DNA from: Olsenella intestinalis
Lineage (GTDB): Bacteria > Actinomycetota > Coriobacteriia > Coriobacteriales > Atopobiaceae
Direction of reading: 5' to 3'
DNA: 32,000 nucleotides
NCBI RefSeq assembly: GCF_023276655.1
Contig: NZ_JALGRK010000002.1
Location: 610,433 to 642,432, forward strand
The position numbers were made by a program, and so were the translations under genes. How positions within the stretch are numbered: position 1 is the stretch's first letter; every line of letters starts with the position of its first letter. Positions 13,765 to 21,412 of the stretch are shown piece after piece. The notes beneath the pieces were generated by a model. That model saw only the letters and a list, made by a program, of their open reading frames with translations. It was not told the origin of the DNA and searched no databases.

Positions 13765-16509
13765 CTACCACTCCTTGCGGATCGCAACGTTGTTGCACTC
13801 GCCATCGTACACGTAGGTGAAGTCGTCCATCGACTTCTTCACCATGAAGATGCCGAGGCCGCCGATCTTGGCGTCCTCGACGCTGTCGGGCTTGAGGGGG
13901 TTCGTAAGCGACAGCGGGTCGAAGGGGATGCCCTGGTCGACCAGCTCGATCGTGATCGCAGAGGGGCCCGCGGTGTAGACGTAGCTGACCGTGACGTCGC
14001 CCGGGTGGTCCTGGTCGGCATAGGCGTAGCGGCAGACATTGACGAAGAGCTCCTCGAGGGCGACCTCGACCTTGATCTTCACGCTGGCCGGACAGAGCCT
14101 GCGGTCGAGCTCGTCGCAGACGAATTCGCGGGCGCGACCGAGGTTCTCGATCACGGCGGGCATCGTGAGCGTGCCGGTGACCTCGGGGGCGACGCCGTAC
14201 TCGAGCGAGAGGATCGTGACGTCGTCGGACTGCTCGGCGCCCGCGGCCCAGTCGGCGACGTCGGCGCGCAGGTGCCTCACGAGGTCGCGGGGGTGCAGCG
14301 TCGTGTGCGCGGCGAGGAAGGCCTCGAGGCGGTCGTTTCCGTACTCCTCCTCCGTCGGAGAGAAGGCCTCGTTGACGCCGTCGGTGTAGAGCAGGAGCTC
14401 GTCGCCGGCGACGAGCGTCAGCTGCGACTGGCGGTACTTGGCCGAGTCGAAGGTGGCGAGGAAGAGGCCGCCCTTCTCGGACAGCCAGCGCCAGCTGCCG
14501 TCGTGGCGCAGAAGCGGCGGGTTGTGGCCCGCGTTCACGTAGGTGAGCAGGCCGCTCTCGTAGTCGAGGGTGGCCGCCCACACCGTGACGAACATGCCGG
14601 CCTCGTTGTTGTCGCACAGCTGCAGGTTCGCGCTTGCGATCGCCTGGTCGAGCGCCATGCCGGTGCTCATGTAGTTCTTGATCTGGGTCTTGGCGGCCAT
14701 CATGAAGAGCGCGCCGGGAACGCCCTTGCCCGCGACGTCGGCGATCAGGAAGCCGAGGGTGTGCTCGTCGATGAGGAAGAAGTCGTAGAAGTCGCCGCCG
14801 ACCTCCTTGGCGGGGTCCATGCTCGCGAAGATGTCGAACTTGTCGATCTCGGGGAAGGGCGGGAAGGTGCGCGGCAGGGCGCCGGACTGGATGGCCTTGG
14901 CGGTGTGCAGCTCGCGCTCCATGCGGGTCTCGGCCTCGGCGATCCACCCCCTCAGGGCGCCGACCGTGTCGTTGATGCCTTCGGAGAGGGAGGCGAACTC
15001 CTCGCTGTCGCACGCATCGACGCGGACGTCAAGGTCGCCGGCCGTGATCTTTGCGAGGGAGCCGTTGGTCTTGTTGATGGGCTTGACGACGATCGTCGAG
15101 AGGAGACGCGCCGCAAGCACGTAGACGACGGCGAGCAGGACGAGGGTCGTGAAGGAGGTCCACAGCGCCGTGACGTGGCGCGTCTGGAAGACGATCGACG
15201 ACGGCAGCGCCATCAGGATATAGCCACCGCCCGCGGAGGCGGCCTTCATGTAGCCGATCTGGGAGGTGGCGCCGGCGTCAAAGGAAGTGTCGAGGAGCTC
15301 GTCCATGTCGTGCACGTCGTAGAGGATCTGGCGCATGGAGCCGTCCTGCGCGAGGTTGTGGACCATCTCGGAGCCGGCGGGGCCGAAGAGCTGGTCGAGG
15401 CTGTCCCCAACGGGGTAGGCGGGGCTGTTGGAGTAGACGACCCGGTCGTCGACGACGAAGGCGACGGTGCCGTCCTCGAGCGAGAAGCCGCTGAAGGCAG
15501 GTGCCAGGTCGGCGCTTTGGGTGACGACGTCACGCGACTCGTTCGAGAGCGAGGGGAACTCGGGGATGGCACTGACCTTGGCAGCCGCGTCGACCCTCTC
15601 CCCCACCAGCTTGCTGAGGTAGCCGAGCTCGTCGCTCAGGTAGTCCGACTCGGCGTCCTCGCTCTGGATCGTGATGGCCGTGAACCCCACGGCCGAGACC
15701 GCCATGAAGACCAGGACGAGGACGAGGAGCAGGCGGGACCTGAACTGGAGCTTTATCCGCCCGCCGTTGCTCTGGCGACGCAGGTTCCAGACCGAGGCAG
15801 TGGAGACGACGACCATGACGAACATGAGAAGGGCGTCGAAGACGACCTGGAGCTCCAAGTTGCCGATTCCCACGAGCGCCGCAAGAAGGTCGCGCGAGAC
15901 GATCGCCGCCCCGTTATCGTTCGCCACCGCCACGCCGCCCGCCTGGATGGCGTCATGGACCGACTGCATCGCAATCGCGATCAGCGAGTTAACAAGGAAG
16001 GCAATGCTCGCGATGAAGGAGACGACGAGGCAGACGAGCGCGACCCGGAGGATCTGACGCCCGGGCGCGGGCCTGTTCCTGAGCGCCACGGCGAACAGCA
16101 GGCCGAGCAGGAATCCGACGAGGGGGTAGAGCACGACGGAGTTGAGGGGCGTCACGAAGAACCGCTCGATGATGTCGAGCGGCTGGAAGTAGGCATGGAG
16201 GCCGAGAATGGCACCCGAGAGGAGCCCCTGTACGAAGCCGAGGCCCTTTCCGAGCAGGAGCGCGGCGACGGCGACGGGCGCGAGGAGCCCCATGACATAG
16301 CAGAAGTAGACGCCGTTGGCACCGAGGCCGATGAAGCCGAGCTGGGTGAAGGTCATCGATGCGGAGACGAGCGTGAGGGCGAACAGGGTGGTCAGCTTGG
16401 TCCTGCGATCCTCGTCGCCGAGGATGCCCTTCCAGTCGCGAATCCTCATGCGGCCCTCAGCCTGGCTCGCATCGTCCGAACGCCGTGCCGTGGTCGCGCG
16501 CTGTCCCAT
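13765..16509 (-). CDS. Membrane sensor protein: polytopic N-domain + extracytoplasmic domain + HAMP + PP2C (SpoIIE/RsbU-type) phosphatase + RsbW-like HATPase kinase/anti-sigma domain
   Basis: 914 aa; ATG 16509 with GAGAGGGGAAG upstream. About 6 TM helices span aa 38-240, with further TM helices at aa 258-280 and 448-470 flanking a ~165-aa loop. HAMP-like region: LAKITAGDLDVRVDACDSEEFASLSEGINDTVGAL. PP2C region: EVGGDFYDFFLIDEHTLGFLIADVAGKGVPGALFM...LLLYTDGVNEA...QSDDVTILSLEY. C-terminal HATPase: N-box ALEELFVNVCRYA, LVDQGIPFDP, GGLGIFMVKKSMD. Confidence 0.9.
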   Translation of the reverse strand: MGQRATTARRSDDASQAEGRMRIRDWKGILGDEDRRTKLTTLFALTLVSASMTFTQLGFIGLGANGVYFCYVMGLLAPVAVAALLLGKGLGFVQGLLSGAILGLHAYFQPLDIIERFFVTPLNSVVLYPLVGFLLGLLFAVALRNRPAPGRQILRVALVCLVVSFIASIAFLVNSLIAIAMQSVHDAIQAGGVAVANDNGAAIVSRDLLAALVGIGNLELQVVFDALLMFVMVVVSTASVWNLRRQSNGGRIKLQFRSRLLLVLVLVFMAVSAVGFTAITIQSEDAESDYLSDELGYLSKLVGERVDAAAKVSAIPEFPSLSNESRDVVTQSADLAPAFSGFSLEDGTVAFVVDDRVVYSNSPAYPVGDSLDQLFGPAGSEMVHNLAQDGSMRQILYDVHDMDELLDTSFDAGATSQIGYMKAASAGGGYILMALPSSIVFQTRHVTALWTSFTTLVLLAVVYVLAARLLSTIVVKPINKTNGSLAKITAGDLDVRVDACDSEEFASLSEGINDTVGALRGWIAEAETRMERELHTAKAIQSGALPRTFPPFPEIDKFDIFASMDPAKEVGGDFYDFFLIDEHTLGFLIADVAGKGVPGALFMMAAKTQIKNYMSTGMALDQAIASANLQLCDNNEAGMFVTVWAATLDYESGLLTYVNAGHNPPLLRHDGSWRWLSEKGGLFLATFDSAKYRQSQLTLVAGDELLLYTDGVNEAFSPTEEEYGNDRLEAFLAAHTTLHPRDLVRHLRADVADWAAGAEQSDDVTILSLEYGVAPEVTGTLTMPAVIENLGRAREFVCDELDRRLCPASVKIKVEVALEELFVNVCRYAYADQDHPGDVTVSYVYTAGPSAITIELVDQGIPFDPLSLTNPLKPDSVEDAKIGGLGIFMVKKSMDDFTYVYDGECNNVAIRKEW

Positions 16510-16627
16510 CGCTTCCCCTCTCGAAGGCCACGGGCGCCAGGTTCAGGCGCGCCGGTAGGTGCTCGTATATGTGGACATACTAGTTCAACGGACGCCCCCG
16601 GCGGGCATGGGGCTATCCGCGGGGCCG

Positions 16628-17452
16628 CTAGACGGAGTCGAGCGCGCGCTGCAGCACGACCACGGACCCGGAGTCGTCGTGGGCCAGGTAGTTGAAGTGC
16701 GTGAACCCACAGGCGATGGCCGCCTCACGCGCGCGTTCGAAGCCGCCCATGAGGAGGTCCGCGCTGTGGGCGTCGGCGCTGACGAAGATCTCGCCACCGA
16801 AGTCGTGCAAGGCGCGCAGCAGCTCGAGGCGCGGGTAGAGCTCGCACTTCCGGCCCCGGTTGTAGGCGCCGCAGTTGATCTCGAAGGGGACGCCCCTGTC
16901 GCGGGCAAGGTACTCCATGGCCTCGAGGGCGGGCGCGAGATAGGCGTCGCTCTTCTCGTCCACGAAGCCCATGGCGTCGTTGAAGCGGGTCACGAGGTCG
17001 AAGTGGCCGACGAAGGTGCAGTTTGTGCGCTCGTGCACCTGGGCCTCGAGCTCATAGTAGGCGCGGCAGAGCGCGAGCCAGTCGCCCGCGAAGTGCTCGC
17101 GGCAGAGGCGTCGCAGGTCGTCCTCGCTGCAGTCGACCGAGATCGGCTCGGGCGAGTCGACGTCGAGGAAGTGGGTCGAGCCGATGACGTACTCGGCGCC
17201 CGGGCAGCTCGCGGGGTCATAGAGGCAGTCGAGCTCGACGCCGAGCAGGATGTCGATGCGGTCCGCGTAGGCGATGCGCAGGCGGGTGACCTCGCGAACG
17301 TAAGCCGGCCAGTCCATGTGGATGTCGGCGTCCATGTGGCCGGAGAAGCCGAGGTGGGACATGTCGGCCGCGAGGGCGGCGCGGACCATGTCCTCGGGGG
17401 TGTCTGCGCCGTCGCAGAGGGTCGTGTGGGTGTGGTAGTTGCAGTCGAACAT
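16628..17452 (-). CDS. Histidinol-phosphatase, PHP (HisJ/HisK) family
   Basis: The N-terminus MFDCNYHTHTTLCDGADTPEDMV...LGFSGHMD shows PHP metal-binding His/Asp motifs, with further GSTHF, VGHFDL and SADAHS motifs. AGGAGG lies directly upstream of ATG 17452. Confidence 0.85.
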   Translation of the reverse strand: MFDCNYHTHTTLCDGADTPEDMVRAALAADMSHLGFSGHMDADIHMDWPAYVREVTRLRIAYADRIDILLGVELDCLYDPASCPGAEYVIGSTHFLDVDSPEPISVDCSEDDLRRLCREHFAGDWLALCRAYYELEAQVHERTNCTFVGHFDLVTRFNDAMGFVDEKSDAYLAPALEAMEYLARDRGVPFEINCGAYNRGRKCELYPRLELLRALHDFGGEIFVSADAHSADLLMGGFERAREAAIACGFTHFNYLAHDDSGSVVVLQRALDSV

Positions 17453-17459
17453 GGGCCTC

Positions 17460-18005
17460 CTAGCGCGGTTCGCCGGCGGCGCGCAGCAGCTCGCAGCCGT
17501 AGTCGGTGTCGCGGACGTGGGTGCAGCCGCGCTCGGTGGCGATGCGCGCGGCCATGATCAGGTCGCCGGCACAGCCCGAGAGGTGCAGGGCGAAGAGGCA
17601 CCAGCCGAGAAGCGGCGCGCCAACCGCAAGGCAGGCGCCGAGGATGGCGAGGCTCAGAAGGACGGTCGGCGCCACGAGCACGCAGACGAAGCGCGGGCGC
17701 GTGAGGACGGAGCCGGCGGCAGACGTGTAGATGAGGCCGTTCTGCGCGCCGAAGGCGACGCGCACGGAGGGGCCGCCGAGCAGCTTGAAGGCCGCGGCGT
17801 GGACGAGCTCGTGGACCGCGAGGGCGACGACAGAGACAAGCGTGAGGGCGATCATCCAGCCGAGGTCCACGGCCTCGACCGAGGCGGCCAGGACCAGCGC
17901 GAGCGCGACGACGACGCCGAGCACGAGGACGCCGAACGAGAGCAGGGTCATGAGGCCCCGGAGTCGCTCGTCTCCCATGAGGTCGATGTCGCAGATCGTG
18001 TCCAT
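17460..18005 (-). CDS. DUF3267-like putative membrane zincin peptidase (HExxH)
   Basis: This is only the last 181 codons of the 948-aa track ORF 17460..20306. The upstream part of that ORF is antisense to metG and is rejected. From ATG 18005 the protein has 4-5 hydrophobic helices and an HELVHAAAFK motif, matching the DUF3267 pattern. Its stop codon lies inside the hisJ-like gene RBS. The start codon is uncertain because no SD sequence is seen. Confidence 0.6.
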   Translation of the reverse strand: MDTICDIDLMGDERLRGLMTLLSFGVLVLGVVVALALVLAASVEAVDLGWMIALTLVSVVALAVHELVHAAAFKLLGGPSVRVAFGAQNGLIYTSAAGSVLTRPRFVCVLVAPTVLLSLAILGACLAVGAPLLGWCLFALHLSGCAGDLIMAARIATERGCTHVRDTDYGCELLRAAGEPR

Positions 18006-18157
18006 GCGCCAAGGATAGCAAAGGCGCGGCTGAGCTGGCGGTGGGTGACGCCGATGCGCGACGAGGCGAAACATGCCGCTCGCTCCGACCGCAGTCGGAC
18101 CCCGTCGGGGGCGCGCGTGCGACCTCGATGGGGTTTTGGGCACCCCCTTGCGCAATG

Positions 18158-18166
18158 TGGGATAAT
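18158..18166 (+). promoter_or_regulatory. Candidate extended -10 element (TGgGATAAT) for metG
   Basis: TG at 18158-18159, one base, then GATAAT at 18161-18166, 44 nt upstream of the metG ATG. No good -35 is present, which is tolerated by extended -10 promoters. This is a motif match only. Confidence 0.35.
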
Positions 18167-18209
18167 CGAGAGCTTGAACGGACCGGATCGAACCAAAGGA
18201 TTGCGCCAC

Positions 18210-20261
18210 ATGGCAGACACCACCTCTGACGAGGCCCTGCGCCCCGCCTTCCCCAAGCGCGCCGTCATCACGGGCGGCATGCCCTACGGCAACAAGAACC
18301 TCCACTTCGGACACGTCGGCGGCGTCTTCGTCCCGGCAGACTTCTTCGCGCGGTTCCTGCGCGACCGCATCGGTCGCGAGAACGTCGTGTTCGTCTCGGG
18401 CACCGACTGCTTCGGCTCCCCCATCGCCGAGGGCTTCCGCAAGAAGGTCGAGGGCGAGGGCTTCGAGGGAACCATCGAGGACTATGTGCGCGCCAACCAT
18501 GACCTGCAGAAGGAGGCGCTCGACGCCTACGGGATCTCGCTCGACCTCTTCGGCGGCTCCGGCCTCGACGACGCCAAGGACGTCCACCAGCAGGTCACCA
18601 ACGAGCTCATCGAGAGGCTGTACGAGAAGGGCGTGCTGACCAAGCGCACGACCATGCAGTTCTTCGACGTTGAGGCCAACACCTTCCTCAACGGCCGCCA
18701 GGTGCAGGGCCACTGCCCGGTCAGGGGCTGCAAGAGCGAGAAGGCCTACGCCGACGAGTGCGACCTCGGCCACCAGTTCGACCCCGAGGAGCTGATCGCT
18801 CCGGTGAGCCAGCTCACCGGCACCACGCCCGAGCTTCGCCCAGTCGACAACTGGTACTTCGACCTGCCGCGCTTCCACGAGGTGCTCGAGAGCCTCATGG
18901 ACGAGTGGGACGCCGACGACCAGGTGCGCTCGATCGTCACCAAGACCGTGCGCGAGTCGCTCGCGGCGCCGGTCATGTACATCCAGAACAAGTTCCGCGA
19001 GGGCTTCGACGCCGTCGCCTGCAAGCTGCCCGCCCACGAGCTCCGCGAGAGCGAGGGCAACCAGCAGTCCTTCTCCGTCAAGTTCGACAACTGGCAGGAC
19101 CGCGACGACGCGCGCGACGTGCTCGCCGAGGCGGGCGTGCGCTTCCGCACGGGCAAGACGCTCCTCCCCTTCCGCATCACCGGCAACATCGAGTGGGGCG
19201 TGAAGGCGCCCGCGCTCGAGGGGACCGACGGCCTCACGGTCTGGTGCTGGCCCGAGAGCCTCTGGGCGCCGATCTCGTTCACGAGGACCGTGCTCGAGGC
19301 CGACGCCGCGAAGGGCGCCGGTCGCTACAGCTCTGACGACTGGCGCGATTGGTGGTGCTCCGACGATGCCCGCGTCTACCAGTTCATCGGGCAGGACAAC
19401 ATCTACTTCTACTGCACGGCCCAGCCCGCACTCTGGGAGGCCCTCGACTGGGGTCTCACGCAGGACATCCCCGTGGCGAACCACCACATCCTGTTCATGA
19501 ACAAGAAGGCCTCGAGCTCGGGCGCCATCAAGCCGCCCATGGCCCGCGAGCTGCTCGACCACTACACCGCCGAGCAGCTGAGGACCCACTGGCTCTCCCT
19601 CGGCCTCGACCAGAAGGCCGTGTCCTTCTCGCCCAAGGCGTTCGACACGAGCGTCTCGCACAAGGACAAGAAGACCGGCGAGGAGGTCCTCGTGAAGGAC
19701 GACCCGCGCGTGGTCGACCCCGCCCTCAAGGAGTCCGCCTTCCTCACCAACATCTTCAACCGCTTGGCGCGCAGCTGCTTCTACGGCGCCGCCAACGTCT
19801 GCGACGGCAAGCTGCCGGCCTTTGAGCCGCACGCCGAGGTCAAGCAGGCCTGCACCGACGCCGTGCTCGCGTTCGAGCGCTGCGCCCACGACTTCGACGC
19901 CCACGGCGCCCTGGCCGTCGCCGAGGAGTTCTGCCGCGCCGCCAACAAGCGCTGGGGCGACGCCTCCAAGGCGGCCAACGGCGAGGACGAGGCCTACGCC
20001 CAGGCCCTCGCCGACGCCTTCTGCGAGCTGCGCTGCGTGACGCTGCTCATGCACCCGGCCGTGCCCGCCGGCTGCGAGCGCATCTGCGAGCACATGGGAT
20101 TTGCCGCCGACGCGTTCTTCGACTGGGGGAACGCCTTCCTCGACCCGAGGGAGCTCGCCGCCAAGCTCGGCGAGGCGCCCGAGGGGCACGCTATCGTCGA
20201 ACTCCCGCCGCGCTTCGACTTCTTCGAGAAGCACCCCAGCCAGGTCAAGAAGGGCAAGTAG
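18210..20261 (+). CDS. metG: Methionine--tRNA ligase
   Basis: The true start is taken as ATG 18210 (MADTTSDEALRPAFPKRAVITGGMPYGNKNLHFGHVGG...), with AAAGGA 10 nt upstream. HIGH-type motif HFGH at 18303-18314; GTDCFGSPI; Zn knuckle GHCPVRGCKSEKAYADECDLGH. The KMSKS position reads KASSS (19506-19520). Confidence 0.92.
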   Translation: MADTTSDEALRPAFPKRAVITGGMPYGNKNLHFGHVGGVFVPADFFARFLRDRIGRENVVFVSGTDCFGSPIAEGFRKKVEGEGFEGTIEDYVRANHDLQKEALDAYGISLDLFGGSGLDDAKDVHQQVTNELIERLYEKGVLTKRTTMQFFDVEANTFLNGRQVQGHCPVRGCKSEKAYADECDLGHQFDPEELIAPVSQLTGTTPELRPVDNWYFDLPRFHEVLESLMDEWDADDQVRSIVTKTVRESLAAPVMYIQNKFREGFDAVACKLPAHELRESEGNQQSFSVKFDNWQDRDDARDVLAEAGVRFRTGKTLLPFRITGNIEWGVKAPALEGTDGLTVWCWPESLWAPISFTRTVLEADAAKGAGRYSSDDWRDWWCSDDARVYQFIGQDNIYFYCTAQPALWEALDWGLTQDIPVANHHILFMNKKASSSGAIKPPMARELLDHYTAEQLRTHWLSLGLDQKAVSFSPKAFDTSVSHKDKKTGEEVLVKDDPRVVDPALKESAFLTNIFNRLARSCFYGAANVCDGKLPAFEPHAEVKQACTDAVLAFERCAHDFDAHGALAVAEEFCRAANKRWGDASKAANGEDEAYAQALADAFCELRCVTLLMHPAVPAGCERICEHMGFAADAFFDWGNAFLDPRELAAKLGEAPEGHAIVELPPRFDFFEKHPSQVKKGK

Positions 20262-20269
20262 CCAACGCG

Positions 20270-20306
20270 AGGGCGGCGCCGGTTCATCGGGCGCCGCCCT
20301 TCTCAT
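20270..20306 (+). terminator. Terminator-like hairpin after metG
   Basis: An 11-bp perfect stem AGGGCGGCGCC (20270-20280) / GGCGCCGCCCT (20290-20300) with a 9-nt loop. The tail TCTCATAT is pyrimidine-rich but U-poor. The hairpin starts 9 nt after the metG stop. Confidence 0.5.
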
Positions 20307-20356
20307 ATGCGCCGCCGCGCGCCCGCCCAGCCCATCGCTCTCACCAAGGAGACACC

Positions 20357-21226
20357 ATGGTCGACGTCCCGCAGCTCCACTTCCCCAGCGCGTACCTCCT
20401 GCCCACCGCTCCCCTCGTCTTCGCGCAGTCTGTCGAGATGCCTGACGGCGCCGCGATCGCGACCTTCGCGCACGCCCCCGCCGAGAAGAGCCTCCCCGAG
20501 GCCCTGGCCCAGGGCCTGTCCCCGGTCCTCCTCCTCCACGGCAACGGCGAGGAGCACGGCATCTTCGGCCCCACGATCGACGCCCTCTGCGAGGCCGGCC
20601 ACACGGTCGTCGCCATCGACTCGCGCGCCCAGGGCCGCTCCACGAGGGGCACCGCTCCCCTGACCTACGAGCTCATGGCGGCCGACGCCCTGGCGGCCCT
20701 CGACCACCTGGGCATCGCGGCGGCCCACGTCGTGGGCTTCTCCGACGGCGCGATCGAGGGCCTGTTGATCGCCCGCGACCACCCCGAGCGCGCCCTCTCG
20801 CTGCTCTCGATCGGCGCGAACCTCACGCCCGACGGCGTGGACGACTCCTTCGAGATGGAGGCCATCGCGGATCGCCTGAGCGGCTGGGTCACCTACTGGA
20901 CCGAGGGCGAGGGTGCCGAGAAGAGCGTGGACGCCGCCCTCCTCAACCCGCCGCTGGACGAGGCCGCGCGCACGGCCGAGCTGCTCCGCCTCATGGTCGT
21001 CGAGCCGCAGATCGACGCCGCGAGCCTCAACGTCATCTCCTGCCCCACGACCGTCATGGCCGGCGAGTTCGACGAAATCGACCGCGCCCAGACCGACCTC
21101 ATCTTCCGCTCGATCCCCGGTGCCACCCTCCAAATCGTCGAGGGCTGCGGCCACACGCTGCCCAAGGAGGCTCCCGAGCGCGTGAGCGAGGCTGCGCTCG
21201 AGGTCATCGCGCGAGCCGGCGCGTAG
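20357..21226 (+). CDS. Alpha/beta-fold hydrolase
   Basis: 289 aa with AAGGAG 7 nt upstream of the ATG. Oxyanion region VLLLHGNGEEHGIF, nucleophile elbow HVVGFSDGAIEG (G-x-S-x-G), and C-terminal GCGHTLPKE supplying the catalytic His. Confidence 0.8.
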   Translation: MVDVPQLHFPSAYLLPTAPLVFAQSVEMPDGAAIATFAHAPAEKSLPEALAQGLSPVLLLHGNGEEHGIFGPTIDALCEAGHTVVAIDSRAQGRSTRGTAPLTYELMAADALAALDHLGIAAAHVVGFSDGAIEGLLIARDHPERALSLLSIGANLTPDGVDDSFEMEAIADRLSGWVTYWTEGEGAEKSVDAALLNPPLDEAARTAELLRLMVVEPQIDAASLNVISCPTTVMAGEFDEIDRAQTDLIFRSIPGATLQIVEGCGHTLPKEAPERVSEAALEVIARAGA

Positions 21227-21255
21227 GCTCTTCTCGCCCGCATAGGCGCAGCTCA

Positions 21256-21295
21256 GGTGCAGTCCCGCCAGTGCGCGGGGCGGCACCCTTCTCAT
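21256..21295 (+). terminator. Terminator-like hairpin after the hydrolase gene
   Basis: Stem 21256-21268 pairs with 21275-21287 (12 pairs including one G-U, one mismatch; 6-nt loop). It is followed by CTTCTCAT, the same tail as the metG hairpin. Confidence 0.4.
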
Positions 21296-21343
21296 GCATA
21301 TGTGAAGATTGCAAGGTACCGAAGCATAGTTCATGTGAACGTG

Positions 21344-21372
21344 TTGACGCTCAATTTGTAGGTACCTAACAT
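21344..21372 (+). promoter_or_regulatory. Candidate sigma-70-type promoter of the marR-ABC operon, with a GGTACC-centred inverted repeat in the spacer
   Basis: TTGACG (21344-21349), a 17-nt spacer, then TAACAT (21367-21372), within the only A+T-rich stretch of the window. The spacer/-10 junction contains TTGTA-GGTACC-TAACA (21355-21370), an imperfect palindrome typical of MarR operators. Confidence 0.45.
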
Positions 21373-21412
21373 TCTTTCGTCAAACCATATGGACCGCACG
21401 AAGGAGGAACGC

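Noticed and set aside
16540-16600. Sigma-70 promoter for the sensor phosphatase gene based on TTGAAC (complement of 16583-16588)
   Set aside because: No acceptable -10 hexamer sits 16-18 nt downstream, and the nearest TATA-like strings are at 13-14 nt. I kept only the inverted repeat TATGTGGACATA, as a note under the sensor finding.
18006-18209. Replication origin at the divergent strand-switch between the 18-kb minus-strand block and the plus-strand block
   Set aside because: The only DnaA-box-like sequence is one imperfect TTATCCCACA (complement of 18157-18166), and it coincides with the metG -10 candidate. There is no box cluster, no A+T-rich unwinding element, and no dnaA or dnaN nearby. 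Gene orientation switches again at 27524.
18006-20306. Upstream 767 codons of the 948-aa minus-strand ORF 17460..20306
   Set aside because: This part is antisense to metG and compositionally a shadow ORF. Only the last 181 codons (17460..18005) show hydrophobic helices and the HELVH motif of a DUF3267-like protein.
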